DNA from: Mobula hypostoma
Taxonomy: Eukaryota
Assembly (NCBI RefSeq): GCF_963921235.1
Contig: NC_086101.1
Coordinates: 10,294,001 to 10,358,000, forward strand
DNA: 64,000 nucleotides
Reading direction: 5' to 3'
Shown here piece after piece: positions 26,887 through 39,645 of the stretch (positions within the stretch are counted from its first letter, which is position 1; each line of letters begins with the position of its first letter). The notes beneath the pieces were generated by a model, which did not search any database, was not told the DNA's origin, and worked only from the letters and a program-made list of their open reading frames with translations. The translations under genes were made by a program, and so were the position numbers.

Positions 26887-27186
26887 AAAGTAAAGTAAAG
26901 TAAAGGCATCCGTTAGTCTTGCGAGACCATGGACACAGGGCACAGGCCTGGGCAAGGTTGTATGGAAGACCAGCAGTTGCCCATGCTGCAAGACTCCCCT
27001 CTCCATGACACCGATGTTGTCCAAGGGAAGGGCATTAGGACCCATACAGCTTGGCACCAGTGTCGTCGCAGAGCAATGTGTGATTAAGTGCCTTGCTCAA
27101 GGACACCACACGTTCCCTCGGCTGGGGCTGGAACTCACAACCTTCAGGTAGCTAGTCCAATGCCTTAACCACTTGGCCACATGCCC
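26887..27186 (-). mobile_element. tRNA-derived SINE (V-SINE-like core)
   Basis: Minus strand has A box TGGCCAAGTGG, B box GAGTTCCAGCC, core TCCTTGAGCAAGGCACTTAA and a (tttac)n tail. Confidence 0.8.
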
Positions 27187-27188
27187 AC

Positions 27189-29280
27189 ATAGGGCAGTTA
27201 GTCTGACCTCAGTGGTTGGGAAGATGTTGGAGTCGATTTTTAAAGATGAGGTCTCAGGGTACTTGGATACATATGATAAAATAGTCTGTAGTCAGCGCGG
27301 TTTTCTCAAGGGAAAATCTTGCCTGACAAGTACACAACATCAACTAATACTCCTTTATCTATCCTGCTTGATATTTCTTTAAAGAATTCCAACAAATTTG
27401 TCAGGCAAGATTTTCCCTTGAGAAAAACATGCTGACTACAGAATATTTTATCATATGCATCCAAGTACCCTGAGACCTCATCTTTAAAAATCGACTTCAA
27501 CATCTTCCCAACCACTGAGGTCAGACTAACTGGCCTATAGTTTCCTTTCTTCCGACTCTCTGCTTTCTGAAGAGTGGAGTAACATTTCCAATTTCTCAGT
27601 CTCCTGCACCCATTGTAGAATCTACTGATTCTTGAAATATCATTATTAATGCCTCCATGATCTCTTCAGCCATCTCTTTCAGCACTTCGGGTGTACACTG
27701 TCTGGTCCAGTGACATACCTACCTTCAGTCCTTTAAGTTTCCCATGAACATTCTTTCCTGTTATGGTAGCTTCACACACTTCATGATCCCTGACACCCAG
27801 AACTTCTACCATACTGGTAGTGACTTGCACAATGAAGACTGATGCAATATACTTCTTCAGTTCATCTGCCATTTTGTTGTCCCCCATTACTAGCTCTCCA
27901 GCATCATTCTTGAGCGGTCCAATATCCACTTTCACCTCTCTTTTACACTCTGTATATCTGAAGAAACTTTTGGCATCCTCTTTAATATTATTGGCTAATA
28001 ATATTACCTTCATATCCCATCTTTACCTTCTTAATTACTTTTTAGTTGGTTTTTAAAAGCTTCTCAATCCTCGAACGTCCCACTATTTTTTGCTCTATTA
28101 TATGCCCTGTCTTTGGCTTTTATATTGGCTTTGACTTCTCTTGTTAGCCACAGTTGTATCATCTTTCACTTAGAAAATTTCTCCTGTTTTGGATTGCATA
28201 TATGCTGCACCTTCTAGATTGCTTCCAGAAATTCCAGGCATTGCCGCTCTGCTGTCATCCCTGCCAGTGTTCTTTTCCAATCAATTCTGGCCATCTCCTC
28301 TCTCATGCCTCTGTAATTCCCTTTACTCCACTGCAGTACTGATACATCTGACTTTAGCTTCTCCTTCTCAAGTTTCAGGGTGAATGTTATCATATTATGA
28401 TCACACTCCCCTGAGGGTCCTTTTACCTGAAGCTCTTTAATCAATTCTGGTTCATTGCACAACACCCAATCCAGAATAGCTGATCCTCTATTGGGCTCGA
28501 CGAGCTGCTCTGAAAAGCCATCTTGTCGGCATTCTGGAAATTCCCCCTGCACCAGCCTGATTTTCCCAATCTACCTGCATATTGAAATCCCCCATGGCTA
28601 TTGTAATATTGTCCTTGTGGCATGCATTTTCTATCTCCCATTATAATTTGTAGGCCGCATCCTTACTACTACTTGGGGGTCTGTATGCAACTCCCATCCA
28701 GGGTCTTTTTACCCTTGCAGTTCCTTAGCTTTATCCACGATGATTCAACACCTTCTGGCCTATGTCACCTCATTCTAATGATATCACTTTTTGCCTACAG
28801 AGCAACTCTGCTCCCTCTGCTTTCCTACCTGTCATTTCGATACAATGTGTATTCTGGGACATTATGATCCCAACTATAATCTTCTTTCAGTCATGATTCA
28901 GTGATGCCTACGACATCATACCTGCCAATCTGTAACTGTGCTACAAGTTCATTTACCTTATTCTGTATACTACACGCATTCAAATACAACACCGTCAGTC
29001 CTGTGTTCACCCTTCTTGATTTTGCCCACCTTTTACATTGCAACTCCCTTGTTGGCTGCAATTTTGCCCTATCAACAGCCTCTGCTCACTTCACATTGCC
29101 TCTGTTTGTAAACCAGCCACCTCACCTTCAGCACTATTATCCACCTTTCTGCGATACTTCTTGCATTGAAACATGTGCAGCTCAGAACACTAGTTGCTCC
29201 ATGCTCAGCCTTTAGATTCCGAACTTTGTCTGAGGTCTTATCAGCATCTGTCTCTGCAACCTCTCCACTTACTATCCTGT
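27189..29280 (-). mobile_element. Degraded CR1 with a terminal fold-back duplication
   Basis: Minus ORFs 27306-27515, 27666-28013 and 28214-28552. Segment 27189-27329 is an inverted copy of 27398-27538. Confidence 0.85.
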
Positions 29281-30347
29281 TGTAGAGAGCATAGTTTTAA
29301 GGTAAGGGTGAAAAGATTTAATGACAACCATTTTTCTACTGAAGTTGGTATATGGAATGAGCTGCCAGAGGAAGTGGTTGAGGCGAGCACAATTATAATA
29401 ATCAATATCCTGGCTCATTGCATCACGATCTGGTGTGACAGTCAAATGCCCGGGAATGTAAGAAGCTGCAGGGAAAAGTGGACTCAGCCCAATACATCAG
29501 GGGCAAATCCCTCCCCACCATTGGTAGTATCCACAGGAGGCTCTGCCTGAAGAAGGCAACATCCATCATCAAAGATTTTCACCATTCAGCCATGCCCTCT
29601 CCTTGCAGTGACCATTAGGCAGAAGCTACAGAAGCCTGAAGTCTCCACACAACCAGGTTCAGGAAAAGCTACTTTCCTTCAACTGTTCAGTTCATCAACT
29701 AACTCACAAAACCCTAATCACTACCTCAATATAACAACACGATGACAACCTTGATCACTCTGCACTACAACAGAGATTGTTTCTTTTTCAATCTGATTGT
29801 GTTCTTTCTTGTAAAAATTATGTGCAATTTATGTTTTCCTTGTGAATGCTATCTCTGTGACAGTGACTAGCCTGTGATGTTGCTGCAAGTGTGTTTCTCT
29901 TTTGGCCTGATGCTTTCATGGACTTGTGCATATGACAATAAACAATTTGAAACTTTGAAGAGACAATTTGTCAGGCACACGGACAAGGAAGGTTGTGAAG
30001 GATCTGGGCTAAACACTGGCAGATGGGACTAGTTTGGATGGGGCACGTTGGTCATCACGGACCAGTTGGCATTTTGGTCATCATGGACCAGTTGGGCTGA
30101 TGGACCTGTTTCTATGCTGTATATCTCTACAATTAAACATCAGTGACAGTGATGAAGTCTCAGAGCCTCCATTATAACGGTCCATTGCAGCCATTTCTGG
30201 GTCTTCCAGAAAGCACCTATTAATGTTACAGGAGGAGGCTGCTAGGGCAGTTTGGACTTCCACCTCATGGAATTTTACTCAACTAATTCCGCTGGGGTGC
30301 ATTGCAGATTTTTTTCATTGTCTCATTCACTGATCTTTATTCTACAG

Positions 30348-30467
30348 ATGATCTCTTCCCTGCTGTTCCTGAATGGGTCCTGCCACTGGTCGTCACCATT
30401 TGTGTTGTAATTGCTGCAAACTCCACTGTGATTTATTGGAATGTGAAACAAAACAGACGCATAAAAG
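30348..30467 (+). CDS. Butyrophilin-like gene, transmembrane exon
   Basis: Acceptor tctttattctacAG and donor GTacgt. 120 bp, phase 1-1. Encodes (D)DLFPAVPEWVLPLVVTICVVIAANSTVIYWNVKQNRRIK: a hydrophobic helix followed by basic residues. Confidence 0.85.
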
Positions 30468-30719
30468 GTACGTTTCTGCAATATTGTGAAGTACTGGGCT
30501 GGAAATCCAGTGGAAAATCTCCCGGTTTCCCTGTGAAATTTCTGTGAAAGCCAGAGCATTTTCTGGAGAAATCACGTAAAATCCACATTTCCCAGCCATC
30601 TCCGACATTCCAGCAGTGATCGTTGTCTCTGGAAAGAATATTTGTCGCCATAGAGATGGGAAGTAAGGAAGAAAACTGCCCGATGTTGCATCTCCTGTGT
30701 CTGCATGGCGGTTCAACTG

Positions 30720-31490
30720 GTCACTGATTCACTTGTACTTCCTGTAACTTGGTTCCCGATATTTAGGCTCCTCTACAGTGGTGAAACTGGGCACAGTTTG
30801 TACGATAACTTTGTTTAATAGCTCAAACGAAATTTTAAAACGACGCATTCTGATTGTGTAACCTATCCCACTCTAAGCTCTCCACTCACGGTGTCCTACA
30901 ATGTTCTCAAAGGCTTACCAGAGGATGAAGAACAAACTTCATCTTTTAAGTAGGAAAGCACAAAAATGCTGGTGGAACTCAGCATCTGTGGAAAGAGATA
31001 AACAGTCAACGTCTCAGACCAAGACCTTTGATTGGAAAGGAAGGGTGAGGAAGCCAGTAAGAAGATGCTGGAGGGGAAGGAGTACAATCCAGAGGCTGGT
31101 AGGTGAAGGCAGGTGAGGGAAACATTGGTGGATGAGGGAGAGAATTGAAGTGTGAAGATGGGAGATGATAGATGGAAAAGGTAAAGGTCTGAAGCAGAAG
31201 GAATCTTGTAGGAGAGGAGAGTGGATCATGGGAGATCGGGAAGGAGGAGGGAGCTGATAGGCAGGGTAGGAGAAGCAGTAAGAGAGGAGTCAGAATGGGG
31301 AATGGAAAAAGAGAGAAGAGGAAGGGCATCAGAGGGGGTGATAGGCAGAGTATGAGAAGAGAAGGGGTAAAAGGGGAGTCAGAATGGGGAATGAGAAAAG
31401 AGAGGGGGAGGGAGGAGAAATTGATATTCATGCCATCAGGTAGGAAGCTACCCTGACGGAATATCAGGTGTTGCTCCTCCAACATGAGAG
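30720..31490. mobile_element. Penelope-like element fragments in inverted arrangement
   Basis: Minus strand gives LEEQHLIFRQGSFLPDGMNINFS, a purine tract and a degenerate hammerhead near 31005-31030. A plus-strand remnant LLYSGETG lies near 30770. Confidence 0.72.
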
Positions 31491-34400
31491 ACAATGGACA
31501 GTAGGTGCAGGAGTAGGCCACTTGGCCCTTCAAGCCAGCACCGCCATTCACTGTGATCATGGCTGCTCATCCACAATTGGTATCCAGTTCCTGCCTTATC
31601 CCCATAATCTTTGATTCTGCTATCTTTAAGAGCTCTATCCATCTCTTTCATGAAAGCATTCAGAGACTTGGCCTCCACAGCCTTCTGGGGCAGAGCATTC
31701 CATATATCCACCACTCTCTGGGTGAAAAAGTTTTTCCTCAACTCCATTCTAAATGGCCTACCCCTTATTCTTAAACTGCAGCCTCTGGTTCTGGACTCAC
31801 CCATCAGTGGGAACATGCTTCCTGCCTCCAGCGTGTCCAATCCCTTAATAATCTTATATGTTTCAATAAGATCCCCTTTTAGCCTTGTAAATTCCAGAGA
31901 ATACAAGCCCAGTCGCTCCAATCTTTCGACATATGACAGTCCAGCATCCCGGGAATTAACCTTGTGAACCTATGCTGCACTCCCTCAATAGCAAGAATGT
32001 CCTTCCCCAAATTTGGAGAGCAAAACTGTACACAGTACTCCAGGTGTGGTCTCAGCAGGGCCCTGTACAGCTGCAGAAGGATCTCTTTGCTCTTATACTC
32101 AATTCTCCTTGTTATGAAGGCCAGCATGCCTTTAGCTTTCTTCACTGCCTGCTGTACTTGCATGCTTGCTTTCAGTGACTGATGTACAAGAACACCTAGT
32201 ACTCGTTGTGCTTCCCCTTTTCCTAACTTGACTCCATTTAGATAACAATCTGCCTTCCTGTTCTTACCACCAAAGTGGATAACCTCACATTTATCCACAT
32301 TAAACTGCATCTGCCATGCATCTGCCCACTCGCCCAGCCTGTCCAAGTCACCCTGCATTCTCATAACATCCTCCTCACATTTCACACTGCCACCCAGCTT
32401 TGTGTCATCGGCAAATTTGCTAATTTTACTTTTAATTCCCTCATCTAAATCATTAATACATATTGTAAACAGCTGCGGTCCCAGCACTGAACCCTGCGGT
32501 ACCCCACTGGTCACCACCTGCCATTCTGAAAGGGACCTGTTAATCGCTACTCTTTGTTTTCTGTCAGCCAGCCAATTTTCAATCCATGTCAGTACTCTGC
32601 CCCCAATACCATGTGCCCTAATTTTGCCCACTGAACTCCTATGTGGGACTTTATCAAAGGCTTTCTGAAAGTCCAGGTACACTACATCCACTGGCTCTCC
32701 CTTGTCCATTTTCATAGTTACATCCTCAAAAAATTCCAGAAGATTAGTCAAGCACGATTTCCCCTTCGTAAATCCATGCTGACTTGGACCAATCCTGTTA
32801 CTGCTATCCAGATGTGTCGTAATTTCATCTTTTATAATTGACTCCAGCATCTTTCCCACCACCGACGTCAGGCTAACCAGTCTATAATTCCCTGTTTTCT
32901 CTCTTCCTCCCTTCTTGAAGAGAGGGACAACATTAGCCACCCTCCAATCCACAGGAACTGATCCTGAATCTATAGAACATTGGAAAATAATTACCAAAGC
33001 ATCCACGATTTCTAAAGCCACCTCCTTAAGTACCCTGGGATGCAGACCATCAGGTCCAGGGGACTTATCAGCCTTCAGACCCAACAGCCTATCCAACACC
33101 ATTTCCTGCCTAATATAAATTTCCTTCAATTCATCCATTACCCTAGGTCCTTTGGCTACTATTACATCTGGGAGATTGTTTGTGTCTTCCCTAGTGAAGA
33201 CTGATCCAAAGTACCTGTTCAACTCGTCTGCCATTTCCTTGTTCCCCATAATAAATTCACCTGCTTCTGTCTTCAAGGGCCTAATTTTGGTCTTAACTAT
33301 GTTTTTCCTTTTCACATACCTAAAGAAGCTTTTACTATCCTCCTTTATATTCTTGGCTAGTTTACCTTCGTACCTCATTTTTTTCCCAACGTATTGCCTT
33401 TTTGGTTACCTTCTGTTGCTCTTTAAAAGTTTCCCAATCCTCCGGCTTCCCACTCGTCTTTGCTATGTTATACTTCTCTTTTATTTTTATACTGTCCATT
33501 ACTTCCCTTGTCAGCCACAGCCTCCCCTTACTCCCCTGAGGATCTTTCTTCCTCTTTGGAATGAACTGATCCTGCGCCTTCCGCATTATTCCCAGAAACA
33601 CTTGCCATTGCTGTTCCACTGTCATCCCTGCTAGGGTATTGTTCCATTGAACTTTGGCCAGCTCCTCCCTCATAGCACCATAGTTCCCTTTGTTCAACTA
33701 TAATACTGACACTTCCGAGTTTCCCTCTCAAATTATAGTTTAAAACTGATCATATTATGGTCACTACCTCCTAATGGCTCCTTTACCTTGAGGTCCCTGA
33801 TCAAATCCGGTTCATTGCACAACACTAAATCTAGAATTGCATTCTCCCTGGTAGGCTCCAGTGCAAGCTGTTCTAAGAATCCATCTCGGTGGGACTCCAC
33901 AAACTCCCTCTCTTGGAGTCCAGTACCAACCTGATTCCTCCAGTCTACCTGCATGTTGAAGTCCCCCATAACAACTGTAGCATTACCTTTGCTACATGCC
34001 AATTTTAACTCTTGATTCAACTTACACCCTACATCCAGACTACTGTTTGGGAGCCTGTAGATAACTCCCATTAGGGTCTTTCTACCCTTAGAATTTCTCT
34101 GTTCTATCCACACTGACTCTACGTCTCCTGATCCTATGTCCCCCCTCGTAAGGGACTGAATATCATTCCTCACCAACAGAGCCACCCCACCCCCTCTGCC
34201 CATCAGTCTGTCCTTTCGATAGGACGTATACCCTTGAATATTCATTTCCCAGGCCCTGTCCACTTGAAGCCATGTCTCTGTTATTCCCACAACATCATAC
34301 TTATCAATTTCCAACTGTGCCTTAAGCTCATCCACTTTATTTCTTATACTCCGTGCATTCATATACAATACTTTTAATTCATTACTCCCCTCAACTCCCA

Positions 34401-35588
34401 TGTCCATTCTTATTTCACTTGGCCATACTGTACGATCCCTTCTTGAGCTTTCTGCTCTGTTGATTCTGCTGTCTTTCTTAACTTTTCTTATTCTCACTTT
34501 CCCTTTATCTCCATCCTTATGTTTCCAGTTCATCCTCTCCCCCCCCACTAATTAGTTTAAACACACCCGTGTTGCAGAGGCAAACCTGTGCCAGAATGCT
34601 GGTGCCCCACTTATTAAGGTGCAACCCGTCCCTTTTGTACAATTCATCCTTACCCCAAAACACACCCCAGTGGTCCAAGAATGTAAATCCTTGCTTCCTG
34701 CACCAGTTCTTCAGCCACACATTCAGATCCATTATCTCCCTGTTCTTGACCACTCCAGCACGGGGAACTGGAAGCAAACTGGAGATAACCACCCTGGAAG
34801 TCCTGCTTTTCAGCCCTCTTCCGAGTTCTCTGAAGTCACGCTGTAGAATGTCTTTCCTCTTTTTCCCCATGTCATTTGTGCCGACATGCACCACCACTTC
34901 TGGATGTTAACCTTCACTCTTGAGGATTCCCTGCAATCGGTCCGTGACATTCTGGATCCCGGCACCAGGGAGGCAACACACCATCCTTAAATCTCGCCTG
35001 TTGCCCCAGAAACCCCTTTCTGTACCTCTCACTATGGAGTCCTCTACTACCATGGCTCTGCCTCACGTCTGTCTCCTCGGCTTTGCCTCAGCGCCAATTG
35101 TTGACTCGCAGACTGGCACTGTCTTCTGTCCCGACAGCTTCCAGGAGGGAGAACCTGTTTACGAGAGGCACATCTCCCAGAGTCTCCTGTACTTCAAGCA
35201 CCCTTTCCTTGCTTATCGTTGTCCCCCTTCTCTCTTCCCGTATCCTGGGTGTAACGACCTCACTGTAGGTCCTGTCCAGAAAACTCTCGTTCTCCCGGAT
35301 GAACCTAACGTCATCCAGTTGCCTCTCCAGTGCTGCAACACAGTCCTTCAGAAGCTGAATCTGGACACATTTTCCATGGGTGTAGGATCCAGAGGCACTA
35401 TCATTATCCCTGACCTCCCACATCATGCACGCAGCATACTGAATCAGCCTAGCGGTCATCTTCTCACCACCTCTCACCCTCTCCAACTGTGGCATAGTCT
35501 CCTCTCTCAGCCTCCTCGCCGAACACACCTGAGCCAAAGACTCGCACTTTTCTCACAAGGCACTTCCCTCGACAAGGCCGCTCCCCTA
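31491..35588 (-). mobile_element. Near full-length CR1 LINE (ORF1 zinc finger/SGNH esterase; ORF2 APE-RT), frameshifted
   Basis: ORF1 pieces 35088-35537 and 34517-34897 (VVHVGTND, RDGLHLN). ORF2 pieces 33733-34548, 33362-33697, 31879-33378 and 31448-31921. Flanked by GAGAG at 31486-31490 and 35589-35593. Confidence 0.95.
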
Positions 35589-35790
35589 GAGAGTGGCCTC
35601 ATTGTGCCAGGACAGGAGGCCATGGAGCAGTATGTTGGAATGGGAAAGGGGATTGGCATTAAAATGGCTGGCCACTGGGAAATCCTGCTTGATGGGGCTG
35701 ACCAGACGATCTCCCAACCTACATCGGGTCTCACAAATGTAGAAGAGATCACATTGTGAGCACCATATACAGCTGGTTGCTCACAGCATT
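35589..35790 (-). mobile_element. Penelope-like GIY-YIG fragment (continuation of 31490)
   Basis: Minus strand reads FYICETRCRLGDR near 35705-35745 and joins to the LEEQHLIF segment across the CR1. Confidence 0.7.
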
Positions 35791-35904
35791 TCAAATTCAA
35801 CACTGAGTGTAACCAATTCAAACCTTGGTCACCATGTTCATGTTTTCTGACAGCAACTGTTGGTAATGGATCTTGTGTTGTCATTTAGGGAATAGTACTA
35901 TAGA

Positions 35905-38185
35905 ACTAGAAAAGGGGCAATGTTGGATCTCCTGTTAGGGAATGAGATAGGGCAGGTGACTGAGGTATGTGTTGGGGAGCACTTCGGGTCCAGTGATCAT
36001 AATACCATTAGTTTCAATATAATTATGGAGAAGAATAGGACTGGACCCAGGGTTGAGATTTTTGATTGGAGAAATACTAACTTTGAGGAGATGCAAAACG
36101 ATTTAGAAGGAGTGGATTGGGACAGTTTGTTTTATGGGAAGGATGTAATAGAGAAATGGAGGTCATTTAAAGGTGAAATTTTGAGGGTACAGGATCTTTA
36201 TGTTCCTGTTAGGTTGAAAGGAAAGGTTAAAAGTTTGAGAGAGCCACGGTTTTCAAGGGATATAGGAAACCTGGTTCGGGAAAAGAGAGGGATTTACAAT
36301 AAATATACGCAGCTTGGAGTTAATGAGGTGCTCGAGGAATATAAAGAATGTAAAAAGAATCTTAAGATTAAGAAATTAGAAAAGCTAAAAGAAAATATGA
36401 GGCACCTTGTAAGGTGAAAATAAATCCAAAGGCTTTCTACAGTTATATAAATAGCAAAAGGATAGTGAGGGATAAAATTGATCCTTAGAGAATCAGTGTG
36501 GATGGCTATGTGAGGAGCCAAAAGAGATGGGGGAGATTTTGAACAATTTCTTTTCTTCGGTATTCACTAAGGAGAAGGATATTGAATTGTGTAAGGTAAA
36601 GGAAACAAGAAGGGTAGTTATGGAAAGTATGACAATTAAAGAAGAGGAAGTACTGGTGCTTTTAAGGAATATAAAAGTGGATAAGTCTCCGGGTCCGGAC
36701 AAGATACTCCCTAGGCCCTTGAGGGAAATTAGTGTGGAAATAGCAGGGGCTCAGGCGTATTGCTCATGTGGTTCTATTGTTTAAAAAGGGTTCTAAGAGT
36801 AAACCTAGCAATTATTGGCCTGTGAGTTTGACGTCAGTGGTGGGTAAATTGGTGGAAAGTATTCTTAGAGATGGTATATATAATTATTTGGATAGACAGG
36901 GTCTGATTAGGAACAGTCAACATGGATTTGTGCATGGAAGGTCATGTTTGACAAATCTTACTGAATTTTTTGATGAGGTTACTAGGAAAATTGACGAGGG
37001 TAAAGCAGTGGATGTTGTCTATATGGACTTCAGTAAGGCCTTTGACAAGGTTCCACACGGATCGTTAGTTAGGAAGGTTCAATCGTTAGGCATTAATATC
37101 GAAGTAGTAAAATGGATTCAGCAGTGGCTGGATGGGAGACGCCAGAGAGTAGTGTTGGATAACTGTGTGTCAGATTGGAGGATGGTGTGTAGCGGTGTGC
37201 CTCGGGGATCTGTACTGGGTCCAGTGTTGTTTGTCATATATATTAATGATCTGGATGATGGGGTGGTAAATTGGATTAGTAAGTATGCAGATGATACTAA
37301 GATAGGTGGCGTTGTGGATAATGAAGTAGGTTTTCAAAGAGTGCAGAAAGATTTAAGCCAGTGAGAAGAATGGGCTGAAAGATGGCAGATGGAGTTTAAT
37401 GCTGAAAAATGTGAAGTGCTACATTTTGGTAGGACTAATCAAAATAGGACATACATGGTAAATGGTAGGGCATTGAAGAATGCAGTAGAACAGAGGGATC
37501 TAGGAATAATGGTGCATAGTTCTCTGAAGGTTGAATCTCATGTGGATAAGGTGGTGAAGAAAGCTTTTGGTATGCTGTCCTTTATTAATCAGAGCATTGA
37601 GTATAGGAGTTGGGATGTAATGTTGAAATTGTATAAGACATTGGTAAGGCCAAATTTGGAGTGTTGTGTACAGTTCTGGTCACCAAATTATAGGAAAGAT
37701 GTCAATAAAATTGAGAGAGTACAGGGGAGGTTTACTAAAATGTTGCCTGGGTTTCATCTCCTAAGCTACAGAGAAAGGTTGAACAAGTTAGGTCTTTATT
37801 TATAGAAGGTTGAGAGGGGACTTGATAGAGGTGTTTAAAATTATGAGGGGGATTGATAGAGTTGACATAGATAGGCTTTTTCCATTGAGAGTGGGGGAGA
37901 TTCAAACAAGAGGACATGAGTTGAGAGTTAAAGGGCAAAAGTTTAGAGGTAACATGAGGGGGAACTTCTTTACTCAGAGAGTGGTGGCTGTGTGGAATGA
38001 GCTTCCAGCAGAAGTGGTTGAGGCAGGTTCGATGTTGTTGTTTAAAGTTAAATTGGATAGATATATGAACAGGAAGGGAATGGAGGGTTATGGACCGAGT
38101 GCAGGTCGGTGGGACTAGGTGAGAGTAGGAGTTCGGCACGGACTAGAAGGGCCGAGATGGCCTGTTTCCATGCTGTAATTGTTAT
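35905..38185 (+). mobile_element. CR1 LINE, 5'-truncated
   Basis: ORFs 35920-36417, 36768-37364 (YADD), 37389-37805 and 37810-38118. Confidence 0.93.
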
Positions 38186-38432
38186 AACCTAACATTGACC
38201 CTAATATTGACCCTAATATTTCCTCACTTGGCTGTTCTGTCTGACATCTGTCACCATCTCAATATTTTTTTGTCTCCGATGGGAGGCAGTCAACCATGAG
38301 TTTGATTGTCCTCTCCGAAGCTGCCTGACCCTCTGAGTGTTCCCCATTCTTTCAGATCTCCAGCATCTGAGGTGAAATCATTGTCCTGAAAATGTGTTGT
38401 TGTTCTAATATACCACTGGTCTGTCTTTTCAG

Positions 38433-38465
38433 AGCTGGAACTTCAGAAATTCATCATAGAATCTG
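38433..38465 (+). CDS. Butyrophilin-like gene, juxtamembrane micro-exon 1
   Basis: ctgtcttttcAG ... GTaaga. 33 bp, phase 1-1. Encodes ELELQKFIIES. Confidence 0.8.
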
Positions 38466-39412
38466 GTAAGATTTCAGTATTGAAATATTCAGAAACTATA
38501 AGGAATAACAGTTTTATTTAATAAAATCAACCTTTTCTTCTGTTAGCACTAATTATTTAAATCCCTCATGACATTACTTTGTTTAGAGATTCATAAATTA
38601 AGAATAATAAACTAATTCTGCGTATTTTACAACCAAGGCTCCTTGAAATAGTCTTGATGAAATATAAGAGACCTTAGAATAGGTGCAAGCAATCTTCTCT
38701 GGGAACAGTGGGTTAAGCATAATCTGTCGGGGTTATAACCATTAGCATAACGGATGGTGAGGGAAGGTATTTTTCACATTTAGGGCAGAAACTGCATCAA
38801 GGCTGGATGTTTTGGGTTGAAACCCTGCATAAAGACTGATGCAGGATTTTGACCAAATATGTTGAAATTTCACTTCACTCCCCCAACGTTCCCCCCCACC
38901 CCCTGAGATGCTGCTCACTGATTTCACCCACCCATTGTTCTTTGTCTCGTGAATGAAATGCTCTGGGTGGAATTTTCCAAACCCTTGTGCTTTGGGTGCT
39001 TCACCCCAACATCGAGAACATGGTGGTAGCTTCCTAGAGCTGGGTTTGTATTTCTGCACTGAACATCAATCACCACTCTGACACAGGCTGGAATATTACA
39101 GGATGAGATGTTGCTGATCCCAGCCTACACTCACCCTGTGTCTGCACCCGCGTTCTGCAGCCCGACAGTCCGGAAAGGTGCAATCAATGACCGAAATGTC
39201 ACTGGTTTATGTTGGACAAAACACCAATAACACGAAGAGCAACTCAGTCACAGATTTTGGAGTAAGCCCAACTACTGACTGCTGTAACGACACAGACAAG
39301 ATGTGTTCCGTATATTGCCAGTGTTCTTGTGTGTCATTGAAGTAAATCTTAGTTTTTATTTATAAAGTTACTTTTATTCATATGTTTCCATCGTGGTTTG
39401 CCTTTTTTTTAG

Positions 39413-39439
39413 GACAATGGAAACCCCTTGTGCAGTCAG
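39413..39439 (+). CDS. Butyrophilin-like gene, micro-exon 2
   Basis: cctttttttttAG ... GTatgt. 27 bp, phase 1-1. Encodes GQWKPLVQS. Confidence 0.75.
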
Positions 39440-39449
39440 GTATGTGTCC

Positions 39450-39645
39450 TCACTTCTCTCTCACCCCTCCCCCTCTCCCCCTTCCCCCCTCTCTGCCCTC
39501 CACCCCTCATGCCCCCCTCTTTCTCTCCTCTCCTCTCTCCCACCCCTCCCTTTCCCCACACCCCCTCACTCCTCCACATCCCCCTCACTCCTCCACATCC
39601 CCCTCCCTCCCTCCCCATCCTTCCTCCTTCTCCCCCCTCCCCCCT
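39450..39645. repeat. Polypyrimidine (C/T) low-complexity tract
   Basis: About 195 bp of mostly C/T runs directly after the micro-exon 2 donor. Confidence 0.9.

Noticed and set aside
27110..27186. Possible tRNA gene
   Set aside because: It is a SINE head that continues into core and tail, with no clean cloverleaf. The same applies to the tRNA-like stretch near 41740-41810.
34920..35759. 279-aa + strand ORF
   Set aside because: It is the antisense shadow of CR1 ORF1 and a Penelope fragment.
38188..38220. 12-bp tandem repeat (cctaatattgac)
   Set aside because: A short local slippage at a CR1 tail; not telomeric and no evident function.
38652..38682. Another candidate micro-exon before GTgcaa
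   Set aside because: Weak acceptor and an in-frame TAG in the required phase.
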